A DNA stretch of 64,000 nt from contig NIVC01002640.1 of NCBI GenBank assembly GCA_002269645.1, positions 89,761 to 153,760 on the forward strand, in the 5' to 3' direction. The first letter of the stretch is position 1; each line of letters opens with the position of its first letter. The stretch comes from Macrostomum lignano. Its lineage: Eukaryota. Made by a program: the position numbers and the translations under genes. Positions 1-12,163 of this stretch are shown here, piece by piece. Below the pieces are notes generated by a model, which was not told the origin of the DNA, ran no database searches, and worked only from the letters and a program-made list of their open reading frames with translations.

Positions 1-911
1 AGGTTTGTTAGTCAGCATTTACAAAGGCACAGGTGTTACCCGTCAGCAGCTGTTTTTATTATCTAATTATTATTTTATCAATTTACTGCGCTGTCAGTTT
101 CAATTGTCTGTGGAATGCGGCGTCTACTAGCTAAGTAGGCTCTAACGTGTTTTGTTAGTATTGTAAACGTTGGTTTTGTTGGCTGTTGTTTTTTATTACT
201 TTTTTTCACTCAGTTATTGGTTCGCTCCACAAATACTAGATTAACTAGATGGGCCACTCAGCACATTTAGTTCAGTAGTATGTTAAACAGAAGCATTATA
301 TTAGCTCTTAACTCTTAACCCCCCCCACCCCTAACTTCAACCCTCCAACCGCGCCTTTCCACACTACCCCCTCCCCCCACCCGCCTCAATTTTTATTGCC
401 TTTCTCGGAATTCCAGCCTAAAGCTGCCATGTACATTCCAGTGGACTGTCTAATGTACATTATTGCTGAACCAATTAGCAAGTTGTTTATGCCTGCAAGC
501 TTGGGCTTCTAAACTTATCAAAGTCATTTCAGCTGCCTTCAGCTGCCTTTATTTTTATAAAATAGCTTATGTATTCTTCTTTGCTACTGAACTGAAAGTA
601 GAAAGTTAATTAGAGTGGCCCATCTATCTGTGCTCAAACCTGACACGAAGACTGATTTTTGTCGTCATTGTCGCTGAACAGCTAAAAATTAATTAATTAA
701 TTACTACTTCATTCGTTAATAAATTTGTTTTAAATGCACCTGTGTGTTCAGTAAAAAAGTTTTTTTTCATTTTTAATAAATACATTTTTTATTTAACCAT
801 CTACAGAATTTTTCTGTTTCGCGTCGTTTACAAATCCAGATGTGCCGCTGTCCTGCTTGCCTTGTTATACTCGGGGATCCTGTGGGTTAATAGCATTGCC
901 TGACTTATCTA

Positions 912-1822
912 ACACCCTTAACAGGTGCTTTAGCTCACCCTGTAACATCACTGTCTAACACCCTAGCTGGTAGGCTTTAGCTCACCCTGTAACATCACTG
1001 TCTAACACCCTAGCTGGTAGGCTTTAGCTCACCCTGTAACATCCCTGTCTAACACCCTAGCTGGTAGGCTTTAGCTCACCCTGTAACATCCCTGTCTAAC
1101 ACCCTAGCTGGTAGGCTTTAGCTCACCCTGTAACATCCCTGTCTAACACCCTAGCTGGTAGGCTTTAGCTCACCCTGTAACATCCCTGTCTAACACCCTA
1201 GCTGGTAGGCTTTAGCTCACCCTGTAACATCTCTGTCTAACACCCTAGCTGGTAGGCTTTAGCTCACCCTGTAACATCTCTGTCTAACACCCTAGCTGGT
1301 AGGCTTTAGCTCACCCTGTAACATCCCTGTCTAACACCCTAGCTGGTAGGCTTTAGCTCACCCTGTAACATCCCTGTCTAACACCCTAGCTGGTAGGCTT
1401 TAGCTCACCCTGTAACATCCCTGTCTAACACCCTAGCTGGTAGGCTTTAGCTCACCCTGTAACATCCCTGTCTAACACCCTAGCTGGTAGGCTTTAGCTC
1501 ACCCTGTAACATCCCTGTCTAACACCCTAGCTGGTAGGCTTTAGCTCACCCTGTAACATCCCTGTCTAACACCCTAGCTGGTAGGCTTTAGCTCACCCTG
1601 TAACATCCCTGTCTAACACCCTAGCTGGTAGGCTTTAGCTCACCCTGTAACATCTCTGTCTAACACCCTAGCTGGTAGGCTTTAGCTCACCCTGTAACAT
1701 CCCTGTCTAACACCCTAGCTGGTAGGCTTTAGCTCACCCTGTAACATCTCTGTCTAACACCCTAGCTGGTAGGCTTTAGCTCACCCTGTAACATCTCTGT
1801 CTAACACCTTAGCTGGTAGGCT
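912..1822. repeat. 47-bp tandem minisatellite (CCCTAGCTGGTAGGCTTTAGCTCACCCTGTAACATCCCTGTCTAACA), about 19 copies
   Basis: Unit recurs at 47-nt spacing (961, 1008, ...), near-identical copies. Confidence 0.97.
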
Positions 1823-2789
1823 GTAGCACTCCGGAACTTCACTGTCTGAAAAGACACAATGAGCAATTAACTTTAAGCAGGAAATTCCATTGGCTTCAGT
1901 TGTGCAGTGTATTATCCTAATAAAATATATTTGGCTCATATTAGGCTCGAAGTTACGCTCATATATTTGCTTGTTTCTGTATTTAAATGTGCATAAAGTA
2001 GCATTAATTGTAAGTATAGTACACAGGGAATTGCAAATGAATGAAAACCACAAGTGCTTAATGACAGTAGTATATAGTATAGCGATGTAGCCTAAAGTAA
2101 CATTTTGAAACATCAATAACACTTGCGGCATTGGCACGAAGCAGCACACGGTGGAAATCAATAATTATAAATTGTTTAACTTTTGAAAGTTTGCGTGGAT
2201 TCAAAGACTAGCTTGGAAGTGTCTTGAGTTGAATTAAATATGGAATTGTATAGGAGTAGATACTGAGCATAGAAACTAGTTGGTCAATCAAGTAAATAAG
2301 ACCGACTAAAAGTATAGCATAGACCGCAACCCTTTGATTAAAAAATAGTGCTGCGTCGTAGGTGTTTTATTTCTGGGTTAAAGCACGAATGAAAGTGGAA
2401 AAATTAGCATCTGCAGTATCCCCTTAGGCCGGTTTACAATCGAGAAGTTGAGACTTCTACCTGAGACTTTCTTAATAAACCTTTCACATTGAAGCCTGAG
2501 GGCATACGAATCCAGTCCTGGCAGATTGGACAGCTTTTACTGTGGAATTCAAGAACAGCTCTCTGCTGACCAATCGACAGCTTTGCAGTTCACAGCTAAC
2601 TCAACCTAGCAGATCAGTTAAAACAGCTGGTAAAACTCGAACAAATCCTTTGACAGGTGAGGACGGAGGAACACATGAGACGACGGGAGCTGGGGATAAT
2701 AATAACAGATAGATTACACCTGCCCCAATTGGGCCAAATGTGCAACCGACAGCTCAGTCGCAGCTATTGCGCGGCGCATCTGAAGTCTG

Positions 2790-3290
2790 CGTACGGCTGG
2801 GTGTCTTCACACATCCTCAATTACCCCAGCTAATGCTGGTGCCCATTTTACAGTTGGGTGAACTGAAGCAGTGCAGAGCTAAGTGTCTTGCTCAAGGACA
2901 CAAATAGTGGGATCGGGAATCGAACCCCTAACCTTCAAGACGTCTAACCACCAGGCCAGGCGCGTCGCCATCGGAGGGGGACAGGGGGGACATGCCAATG
3001 CTTTGTGTCCCCCCCCATCCCACCTTGTGACCCGTTGTGGTAATCAATAATTTTTCTTTAGGGCGCGAAAATGAGTGTCTGCAGCGCTGAAAGGAATGCC
3101 ATCGGCGCTAAAAGGAATGCCTGTGGCGCCAAAATGAGTACCTGTGGCGCCAAAATGAGCGCTGACGACACGATTCTGAAAATAATGAATGAAATTGTAG
3201 GAATTTTTAGTCATGTACATGTTGAATTCGGCTTTGTCTCCCCACCATAAAATCCATGGCGACGCCCTTGCACCAGGCTGCAACCTCCTA
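2790..3290 (-). mobile_element. tRNA-derived SINE fragment, interrupted by a hAT MITE
   Basis: Minus strand reads A-box-like GCAGCCTGGTGGTTAG, B-box GGTTCGATTCCC, then GTGTCCTTGAGCAAGACACTT, a core motif common in animal tRNA SINEs. Boundaries are approximate. Confidence 0.6.
2957..3270. mobile_element. hAT-type MITE, copy 1
   Basis: Imperfect TIRs CAGGCGCGTCGCCA / TGGCGACGCCCTTG with a perfect 8-bp TSD CACCAGGC (2949-2956 and 3271-3278); no coding capacity. Confidence 0.85.
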
Positions 3291-3398
3291 GCCTAGAGAA
3301 GCCTTAAGAAGTATCAATGATTCTCTTTGTAAAAGTATGGAATTCAGATTAACTGTTTCAATAGTCACGCATGCATGTACAAACTGTTGACCCAGAGT

Positions 3399-4010
3399 TC
3401 ACCCGGCCTCTTGCGGAGCCGCCGAAGCTCCATTGCTGCTGCCGCCGCCGCCGCCGCCGCCGCGTTGTTGCCGTTTGATCTCGCGCTCATTTCGCTGAAT
3501 ATGCGGATTGCTCCGAGCGCCGACTGTGGCCACCACGAAGGCCAGGCCGCAGAGAATCCGCAGCACGGAGCGGAGCAGGTGCTGGCTGATGCGGATTCCG
3601 GCGATGTTGTACAGCAGGCAGCGGGCGAAGACACCGCCGCTGGCGGCGTCGCGGTGCAAGCAGAAGGCGTCGATCATAGCGCCGTAGAGAATCGGCGAAA
3701 TTGTCGACGAGAAGCTGGCCGCGAAGGTGATGAAGCCGAAGCCGATGTCCTTGTCGCGGGCGCTGATGGCGCGAATGACGATGACGCACACGATGCTCTT
3801 CACCGCGCCAGCCAGCAGGTTCAGGCAGAAGAAGATGCAGTTGTAGGCGATGAGGGCCGCGCTGCAGCCGCCGCCGACTCCGCCGCCGTCGCAAAAGCCG
3901 TCGAAGGCGACGAAGCCGGCAGGCGACGCCGTGGGCGACGAAGACGCGACGGCGTCGCAGCCGCAGCCTTCGAAGCTGGGCAGCAGCGTAAACGGCTGCG
4001 GACTCTCGGT
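3399..4010 (-). CDS. SLCO: OATP/SLCO organic anion transporter, exon 4 of 4 (C-terminal TM helices)
   Basis: Acceptor ...CCGCTCCCAG|ACC at 4010. Encodes RAISARDKDIGFG...SPILYGAMIDAFCL...CLLYN, matching the OATP C-terminal signature; TGA at 3399-3401. Confidence 0.9.
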   Translation of the reverse strand, partial: TESPQPFTLLPSFEGCGCDAVASSSPTASPAGFVAFDGFCDGGGVGGGCSAALIAYNCIFFCLNLLAGAVKSIVCVIVIRAISARDKDIGFGFITFAASFSSTISPILYGAMIDAFCLHRDAASGGVFARCLLYNIAGIRISQHLLRSVLRILCGLAFVVATVGARSNPHIQRNEREIKRQQRGGGGGGGSSNGASAAPQEAG

Positions 4011-4142
4011 CTGGGAGCGGAGGATCGAGCAGGCAGATGAGCTAGTTTTGTTATAATCCAAGATCCTGGCACCGGCTATGTACATTGGTACAGGCCACCT
4101 GATCACGCAAAAACTGCCTCATTTGGTGGCCCAAAAATTTAT

Positions 4143-4502
4143 AACACCTGCGCGCTTACTCAGAATCCAGCATAAACACCTGCGCGCTTACTCAGAACCC
4201 AGCATAAACACCTGCGCGCTTACTCAGAATCCAGCATAAACACCTGCGCGCTTACTCAGAATCCAGCATAAACACCTGCGCGCTTACTCAGAATCCAGCA
4301 TAAACACCTGCGCGCTTACTCAGAATCCAGCATAAACACCTGCGCGCTTACTCAGAATCCAGCATAAACACCTGCGCGCTTACTCAGAATCCAGCATAAA
4401 CACCTGCGCGCTTACTCAGAATCCAGCATAAACACCTGCGCGCTTACTCAGAATCCAGCATAAACACCTGCGCGCTTACTCAGAATCCAGCATAAACACC
4501 TG
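4143..4502. repeat. 32-bp minisatellite (TAAACACCTGCGCGCTTACTCAGAATCCAGCA) in SLCO intron 3
   Basis: About 11 near-identical copies at 32-nt spacing. Confidence 0.97.
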
Positions 4503-5407
4503 CTAAGCCTGCTAGATTTCCTGCTGGCAAGACGGGCAGCGGTCACCTGCCCAGGCCTCTTCCTCGGCTAATCCTGCATTTCTGATTCCGACAGTTGGCA
4601 CTAATTCGCGGCTGCACTGAGAGCTGCAATTAGGTCAGCAGGCCAGGAAATTCCACTCGCAATTACTTCGTCATAAATTTGGTTTTAGCAATTAAAAAAT
4701 TGGCGCGGCTTTGAGGTGCGCAGTTTTCTAACCAGATTAAAGCCGCCATCTGCGCGCTCTGCCGAGTTTGTTTACACTTTGGATTTCTAAATTCGTGTTG
4801 TACGCTTTCTCTACTAGAAGCAGAAATTCTCTGGCTATCGCCTTTCGCATGCAGGGAGCCTGTTATCTTCTAGCAGGCTGGTCACACTCTAGCTGGACCG
4901 CAGGTCCTGCCGCAGCTGTCAGCAGCCAGTGGCTATCTTGCACTGGAATCTCTGCAGTTCGCAGTTGCGCACACAAATGCTATTTTTCTTCATTGCGTAA
5001 TGCTGGCTGGACTGTTTCATGGACCACTAAAGCTGGATGCTGCAATTCCAAATCGTGCGGAACTCGCACTGGCGGGCACAGTTTCACCCACAAGGCACAG
5101 AGACTGTACATGCCTGACGATTAGAAAGTCAGGGCCAGCTGTACACCCTGTGTGAGCGTGTGTGTGATTGCGTGCCTTCATACATTATTGGCGCGCTTGT
5201 ATGTGTGCTCAGGGAGTCAGCGGAATGGGCAGAATTGCAGTCAGCGCTGGCTGTGAGACGAAGGCGCTGCGGCTCTGTCTATGGTAAAACCTGTTTGCTA
5301 CTGGCTTGAACTGACCACGGATCCCAACACTGATTCTGTGTGCTGTATCATTACTCAAACCTTGTTTCCATGATAACTGCCAGGATTCGAACTCTGGTCT
5401 AACTCAC

Positions 5408-5531
5408 CGAGTTGTAAAATGAAAAACTCGAGCAGCCGGCCAGACAGGGTGACAAGTAGGAGGCGTTGCCGGAGCAGACGGGCCGGTACTGCCGGCTGTC
5501 GCAGTCGCACAGGGCGCAGGCGGCGGGACTG
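5408..5531 (-). CDS. SLCO: OATP/SLCO exon 3 of 4 (extracellular Kazal-like loop); absent from the ORF track
   Basis: AAG|C AGT CCC...TAC AAC TCG|GTGAGT. Encodes SPAACALCDCDSRQYRPVCSGNASYLSPCLAGCSS, the OATP Kazal-like C..C.C...PVC...Y.SPC.AGC motif; phases fit both neighbouring exons. Confidence 0.92.
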
Positions 5532-5569
5532 CTTGGGGTGGAGAGTGGATGGGGCTGGCGGTTGTTTCT

Positions 5570-6385
5570 TCAGTGACTCTGGGGCTGCAGCTGTGTCCCT
5601 TCAGTGACTCTCTGAAGCTGGGCAGCTGTGTCTCTTCAGTGACTTTCTGAAGCTGGGCAGCTGTGTCCCTTCAGTGACTTTCTGGGGCTGCAGCTGTGTC
5701 CCTTCAGTGACTCTGAGGCTGGGCAGCTGTGTCCCTTCAGTGACTTTCTGGGGCTGCAGCTGTGTCCCTTCAGTGACTCTGAGGCTGGGCAGCTGTGTCC
5801 CTTCAGTGACTTTCTGGGGCTGCAGCTGTGTCCCTTCAGTGACTCTGAGGCTGGGCAGCTGTGTCCCTTCAGTGACTCTCTGAGGCTGGGCAGCTGTGTC
5901 CCTTCAGTGACTCTCTGAGGCTGGGCAACTGTGTCCCTTCAGTGACTCTGAGGCTGGGCAGCTGTGTCCCTTCAGTGACTTTCTGGGGCTGGGCAGCTGT
6001 GTCCCTTCAGTGACTTTCTGGGGCTGGGCAGCTGTGTCCCTTCAGTGACTCTGAGGCTGGGCAGCTGTGACCCTTCAGTGACTTTCTGAGGCTGGGCAGC
6101 TGTGTTCCTTCAGTGACTTTCTGGGGCTGCAGCTGTGTCCCTTCAGTGACTCTGAGGCTACAGCTGTGTCCCTTCAGTGACTTTCTGGGGCTGCAGCTGT
6201 GTCCCTTCAGTGACTCTGAGGCTGGGCAGCTGTGTCCCTTCAGTGACTTTCTGGGGCTGCAGCTGTGTCCCTTCAGTGACTCTGAGGCTGGGCAGCTGTG
6301 TCCCTTCAGTGACTTTCTGGGGCTGCAGCTGTGTCCCTTCAGTGACTCTCTGAGGCTGGGCAGCTGTGTCCCTTCAGTGACTCTG
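5570..6385. repeat. About 29-31-bp minisatellite (CAGCTGTGTCCCTTCAGTGACT[C/TT]TG[A/G]GGCTG) in SLCO intron 2
   Basis: Direct reading of tandem units with two alternating variants. Confidence 0.95.
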
Positions 6386-6912
6386 GGCGACCAATCGGAA
6401 ACAGTAATGCACGTGACAGCAGCCTATCGAGAGGCCGCGACAGTCTAATAAAAGAGTTCAAGCCCGTAACAGATAATAATAAAAAAGTCACGTGACAGAT
6501 CGAAATTCAACGTGGCGCAGTTCAGCGCATCTGAGCAAGCTGTCAGGCAATGCGAAACGGTGATCTTAAATCGCAAACAGAGAGTGACAGCACAAAAATG
6601 TAGATTTTTTAGAAATCACAAGATCACGGGATCTTGGATTATAATTAAAATTTTGAGTATAGTCAGGGTCCTATTGCTGACCCGATTGTTTTAAACTTCG
6701 TTTTATCACGTGCTTCTGATAAGTAGCGCCGCTGCATTTGTGCCTGAATTATTTATACAGCTTTGCTGCTCACTGCTTGTTTTTGCCTACGGCACGAAGT
6801 TTTCATCCCTGATCCCCTTTGTCGACCTGGGCAACATCACGTTCGCAATTGTATCGGTGTCAGCCTGACCCCCAATCAATCAATTATCAATCAATTAATC
6901 TCTTCTTCCTGT

Positions 6913-8260
<1,348 letters not shown>

Positions 8261-8278
8261 ATGTCCGCCATATCTCAC

Positions 8279-8508
8279 CTGTCAAAGTCAGTGAACTCGG
8301 GTGTCGCTCTGCACTCCAGCAAAGCTCCAATGTTTCCCAGCAGGCCGATCGCCAGGCAGACCCCTGTGGTGAGCGCCAGCAGTTTGCTCAGCGACAGCCG
8401 GGCCCGGTTCATGAAGATGCCGCCCCCCAGAGTCCCCAGGGCCGATGACAGGCCCTCCACAATGCCCGCGTACAGACCCGCCTCGCCTGTGGTCACTCCG
8501 AATCCGAC
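8279..8508 (-). CDS. SLCO: OATP/SLCO exon 2 of 4
   Basis: CCCAG|GTC GGA TTC...GAC AG|GTGAGA. Encodes [30 protein letters not shown]..., continuing PKYYQ from exon 1. Confidence 0.9.
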
Positions 8509-8639
8509 CTGGGTTGCGGAAATTTCGGCAGGACTCGATCATCTCCGCCAAACTCACATTTTTAATACGAAGTTAGGGATGGGTTGAAAGGAGGACAGAA
8601 AGAATATTCAGTCTAAAAAGCTTCTCATAGAAACCCGTT

Positions 8640-10060
8640 TGGAACCAGCTTCTCCATTGGAACACCTAAATTGCTTCCCATTTGTTCACTCAACCAGCTT
8701 CCCCATTGGAACACCCAATCAGCTTCCCCATTGGAACTCCTAAATTGCTTCCCATTTGTTCACCCAACCAGCTTCCCCATTGGAACACCCAACCAGCTTC
8801 TCCATTGGAACTCCTAAATTGCTTCCCATTTGTTCACTCAACCAGCTTCCCCATTGGAACACCCAACCAGCTTCCCCATTGGAACACCCAACCAGCTTCC
8901 CCATTGGAAGACCCAACCAGCTTCCCCATTGGAACACCCAACCAGCTTCCCCATTGGAACTCTCAACCAGCTTCCCCATTGGAACACCCAACCAGCTTCC
9001 CCATTGGAACACCCAACCAGCTTCCCCATTGGAACACCCAACCAGCTTCTCCATTGGAACTCCTAAATTGCTTCCCATTTGTTCACCCAACCAGCTTCCC
9101 CATTGGAACACCCAACCAGCTTCCCCATTGGAACACCCAATCAGCTTCCCCATTGGAACTCCTAAATTGCTTCCCATTTGTTCACTCAACCAGCTTCCCC
9201 ATTGGAACACCCAATCAGCTTCCCCATTGGAACTCCTAAATTGCTTCCCATTTGTTCACTCAACCAGCTTCCCCATTGGAACACCCAATCAGCTTCCCCA
9301 TCGGAAGACCCAACCAGCTTCCCCATTGGAACACCCAACCAGCTTCCCCATTGGAACTCTCAACCAGCTTCCCCATTGGAACACCCAATCAGCTTCCCCA
9401 TTGGAAGACCCAACCAGCTTCCCCATTGGAACACCCAACCAGCTTCCCCATTGGAAGACCCAACCAGCTTCCCCATTGGAACACCCAACCAGCTTCCCCA
9501 TTGGAACTCTCAACCAGCTTCCCCATTGGAACACCCAATCAGCTTCCCCATTGGAAGACCCAACCAGCTTCCCCATTGGAACACCCAACCAGCTTTCCCA
9601 TTGGAACACCCAATCAGCTTCCCCATCGGAAGACCCAACCAGCTTCCCCATTGGAACACCCAACCAGCTTCCCCATTGGAACTCTCAACCAGCTTCCCCA
9701 TTGGAACACCCAATCAGCTTCCCCATTGGAAGACCCAACCAGCTTCCCCATTGGAACACCCAACCAGCTTCCCCATTGGAAGACCCAACCAGCTTCCCCA
9801 TTGGAACACCCAACCAGCTTCCCCATTGGAACTCTCAACCAGCTTCCCCATTGGAACACCCAATCAGCTTCCCCATTGGAAGACCCAACCAGCTTCCCCA
9901 TTGGAACACCCAACCAGCTTCCCCATTGGAAGACCCAACCAGCTTCCCCATTGGAACACCCAACCAGCTTCCCCATTGGAACACCCAACCAGCTTCCCCA
10001 TTGGAACTCTCAACCAGCTTCCCCACCCAACCAGCTTCCCCACCGGAAGCAGCCAGCTTC
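8640..10060. repeat. 25-bp minisatellite (CCAACCAGCTTCCCCATTGGAACAC) in SLCO intron 1
   Basis: Direct reading; produces the overlapping HWNTQPASP-type artefact ORFs. Confidence 0.97.
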
Positions 10061-10078
10061 CCGGACTGGAACGCGGAC

Positions 10079-11263
10079 CTGGTAGTACTTGGGCAGGAAG
10101 GCCAGGAAGCCCATGAAGGCCAGGAACTCCAGCGCGGCGCCGATCAGCAGCGCCAGGAAGGTGAGGTTGCCGGCCAGCCGGCGCAGCGTGTGCGACAGGC
10201 CGGTCTTGACCAGGCTGGCCGGGTCCAGGCTCACCACGCTGTTCAGCAGGTCGACCGCCGGCGTCGGGCGGTCTCCGTTCTCGGCGCCTGGGGCGGCGGC
10301 CTCGGCTGCTTTGGCTGGAGTCGGCAGCCCCGACTTCGATGCGTCGCAATCAGCTGCTTGATGATGCTGTTGCTGCTCCTGCGGCGCCGCGGAGCCGTCC
10401 TCGCACAGGGCTCGGCCGTCGGGTTCGTCGAGGTCCGAAGCCGGGGGAAGCCGCTTCTCCGTGGGCAGCTCGATCTCCTCCGGCTGGCCGTCATCCGGGC
10501 GGGGCAGCTGCCTGGGGAAGCAGAACATGATCAGCGAGCAGCAGGCGGTGAGGCCGGAGAGGCACACGAAGCCGAGCCACCAGGCGCCGACGCCGGTGTG
10601 TTCGGCGGCGCCGCTCAGCAGGCTCTCGGGCAGCATGGCCAGCTGGCCGCCGATGATGTACCCGGGCACCGGCGCCACGAAGCGGAGGGCCATCATGGCG
10701 GATATGTACACCGGGGCGTGCACCTTTGACACGTGGTCGTCGATGTAGGCGAGGCCCAGGTTCCAGAACGGCGTACTGCCGACGCCAACCAGGAAGGCGC
10801 CGAGCACCAGCACGAAGTAGGCGACGGCCGACTGGCGGCTGAGCGGCTGCTGGCCGTCGGCAGCGACTGCGGCCGCGGCAGCCGACGTGGTGGCAGTGGA
10901 GTTGCACAGCAGTCCGGCTGAAGGGGAGCTCGACTGGGAGGCCGGCGAGCCGCCCGAGCCAGCCGGCATGGGGCCAAAGAAATAGTATGGACTGCTCATG
11001 ATGAGAATGCCCAGCGACAGGAGCAGCCCGAGGCCGCCCATTGTCCGCGGCCGGTGGGCCTGGCGACCGTAGAAGCTGACGGGCAGGACGCCCAGCAGGT
11101 AGCCGAAGTCGCTGGAGCCCTGCAGCAGGCCTGACAGCTTGCTGGGCAGGTTGAACCGCTTCTCCAGGGTCGTGAGCATGGAGATCAGGTAGGTGTCGAA
11201 GCTGCCGTAGACCAGGGCGAACAGGCCCAGGCAGAGTGTGTAGGCGTTGATGTTGCAGGGCAT
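10079..11263 (-). CDS. SLCO: OATP/SLCO organic anion transporter, exon 1 of 4
   Basis: Contains LTTLEKRFNLPSKLSG, VSFYG..HRPR, LGLAYIDDHV, GAWWLGF and FLPKY, all OATP family motifs; donor CAG|GTCCGC at 10079/10078. Four exons sum to 2151 nt (716 aa + stop). Confidence 0.93.
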
Positions 11264-12163
11264 TTTGCTGCTTCTGTTTGGCCTGTTTCTTCTGCTTCTT
11301 TAGCTTTCTGTCCCTCCTAGCCCGGGGCAGGCGCAGGCCTTTTGTATCACCTGAGCGGCTGGCCTGGAGCGGAGGAGGGAGAGACGTTGCGTTGCGCAAA
11401 TCTGTTGGCCTGTCGGAGGGAATCGCGTTGCGTCACACCCGCGCTGACCCTGGGCGAACCCGAGGCCCCAAGTGTTGAATAATAGAATGATGGCTGTTGC
11501 TTGCGCTCGGCAGTGCGGCCCGGGTGCAGTGGGGGCTGTTCAGGCCCAGCTGACTCGCTTGTGTGCTGTGTGCTTGTGGGCCGTTCGCTTTCGTGCAAAT
11601 CCAACCCGCCTGTCCAGCCAGGCTTTGCGCGGGGCAAAAATTACCCGCTAGAAAATGGAGACGACCCTCAGTTCCCCTCCCTGCTCCCCTCCTGCAACAG
11701 CCTACCCCAGGCTTCCCCCTCCGCTCCAGCGCTCTCCCTATCTATCCAACTCTCCCTGTGAGCGTTCTCATTGTCAGGCCACGCTTTGCTGCCTCTTGCT
11801 GACTTTGCGCCACAGCCAATGAGGTGGCAGGGCGTGTTGCACACCCCCTCTCTCTCCCTCTCTCTCTCCCCCTCTCTCTCTTCTGGAGACTCTCCTCCCC
11901 TTAGCGCTTTCATTCAGTGAGCCAAGCGCACAAACACGACATTTTTGGCCAGTGTCACGGTCAACACTTTTCTGCCAGCGTGGTGACAGTCAGAAAGTCT
12001 GATCTTCTATTAAAAAAAAGAAGAGAAAGCGAAATGAAAGAAAACTGAGAAGCCCAATGAGTGCCCCAAAAATCCGGCTAGAAACTTTGAGCTGAGAGAC
12101 GCAGTAATGAAAGCAAATCTTGGGCAGGAAATTCTGTGCTGAACCAAGCTTTGCTTTGCGGCT

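Noticed and set aside
912-1822. Minus strand of the 47-bp repeat contains ACAGGGT, a miR-10 seed match, about 19 times downstream of SLCO (possible sponge near a Hox gene)
   Set aside because: A 7-mer match in one of many repeat units is expected by chance, and the array lies more than 1.5 kb past the stop, beyond likely poly(A) signals.
2420-2460. TTA-GGCCGGTTTACA resembling a PIF/Harbinger terminal repeat
   Set aside because: No partner inverted repeat was found.
6400-6880. E-box/CLEAR motif (GTCACGTGAC at 6487), CCAAT and a hydrophobic plus-strand frame (LCCSLLVFAYG...) inside SLCO intron 2 as a nested gene
   Set aside because: Short, no consistent start or splice structure and no recognisable family; motif matches alone are insufficient.
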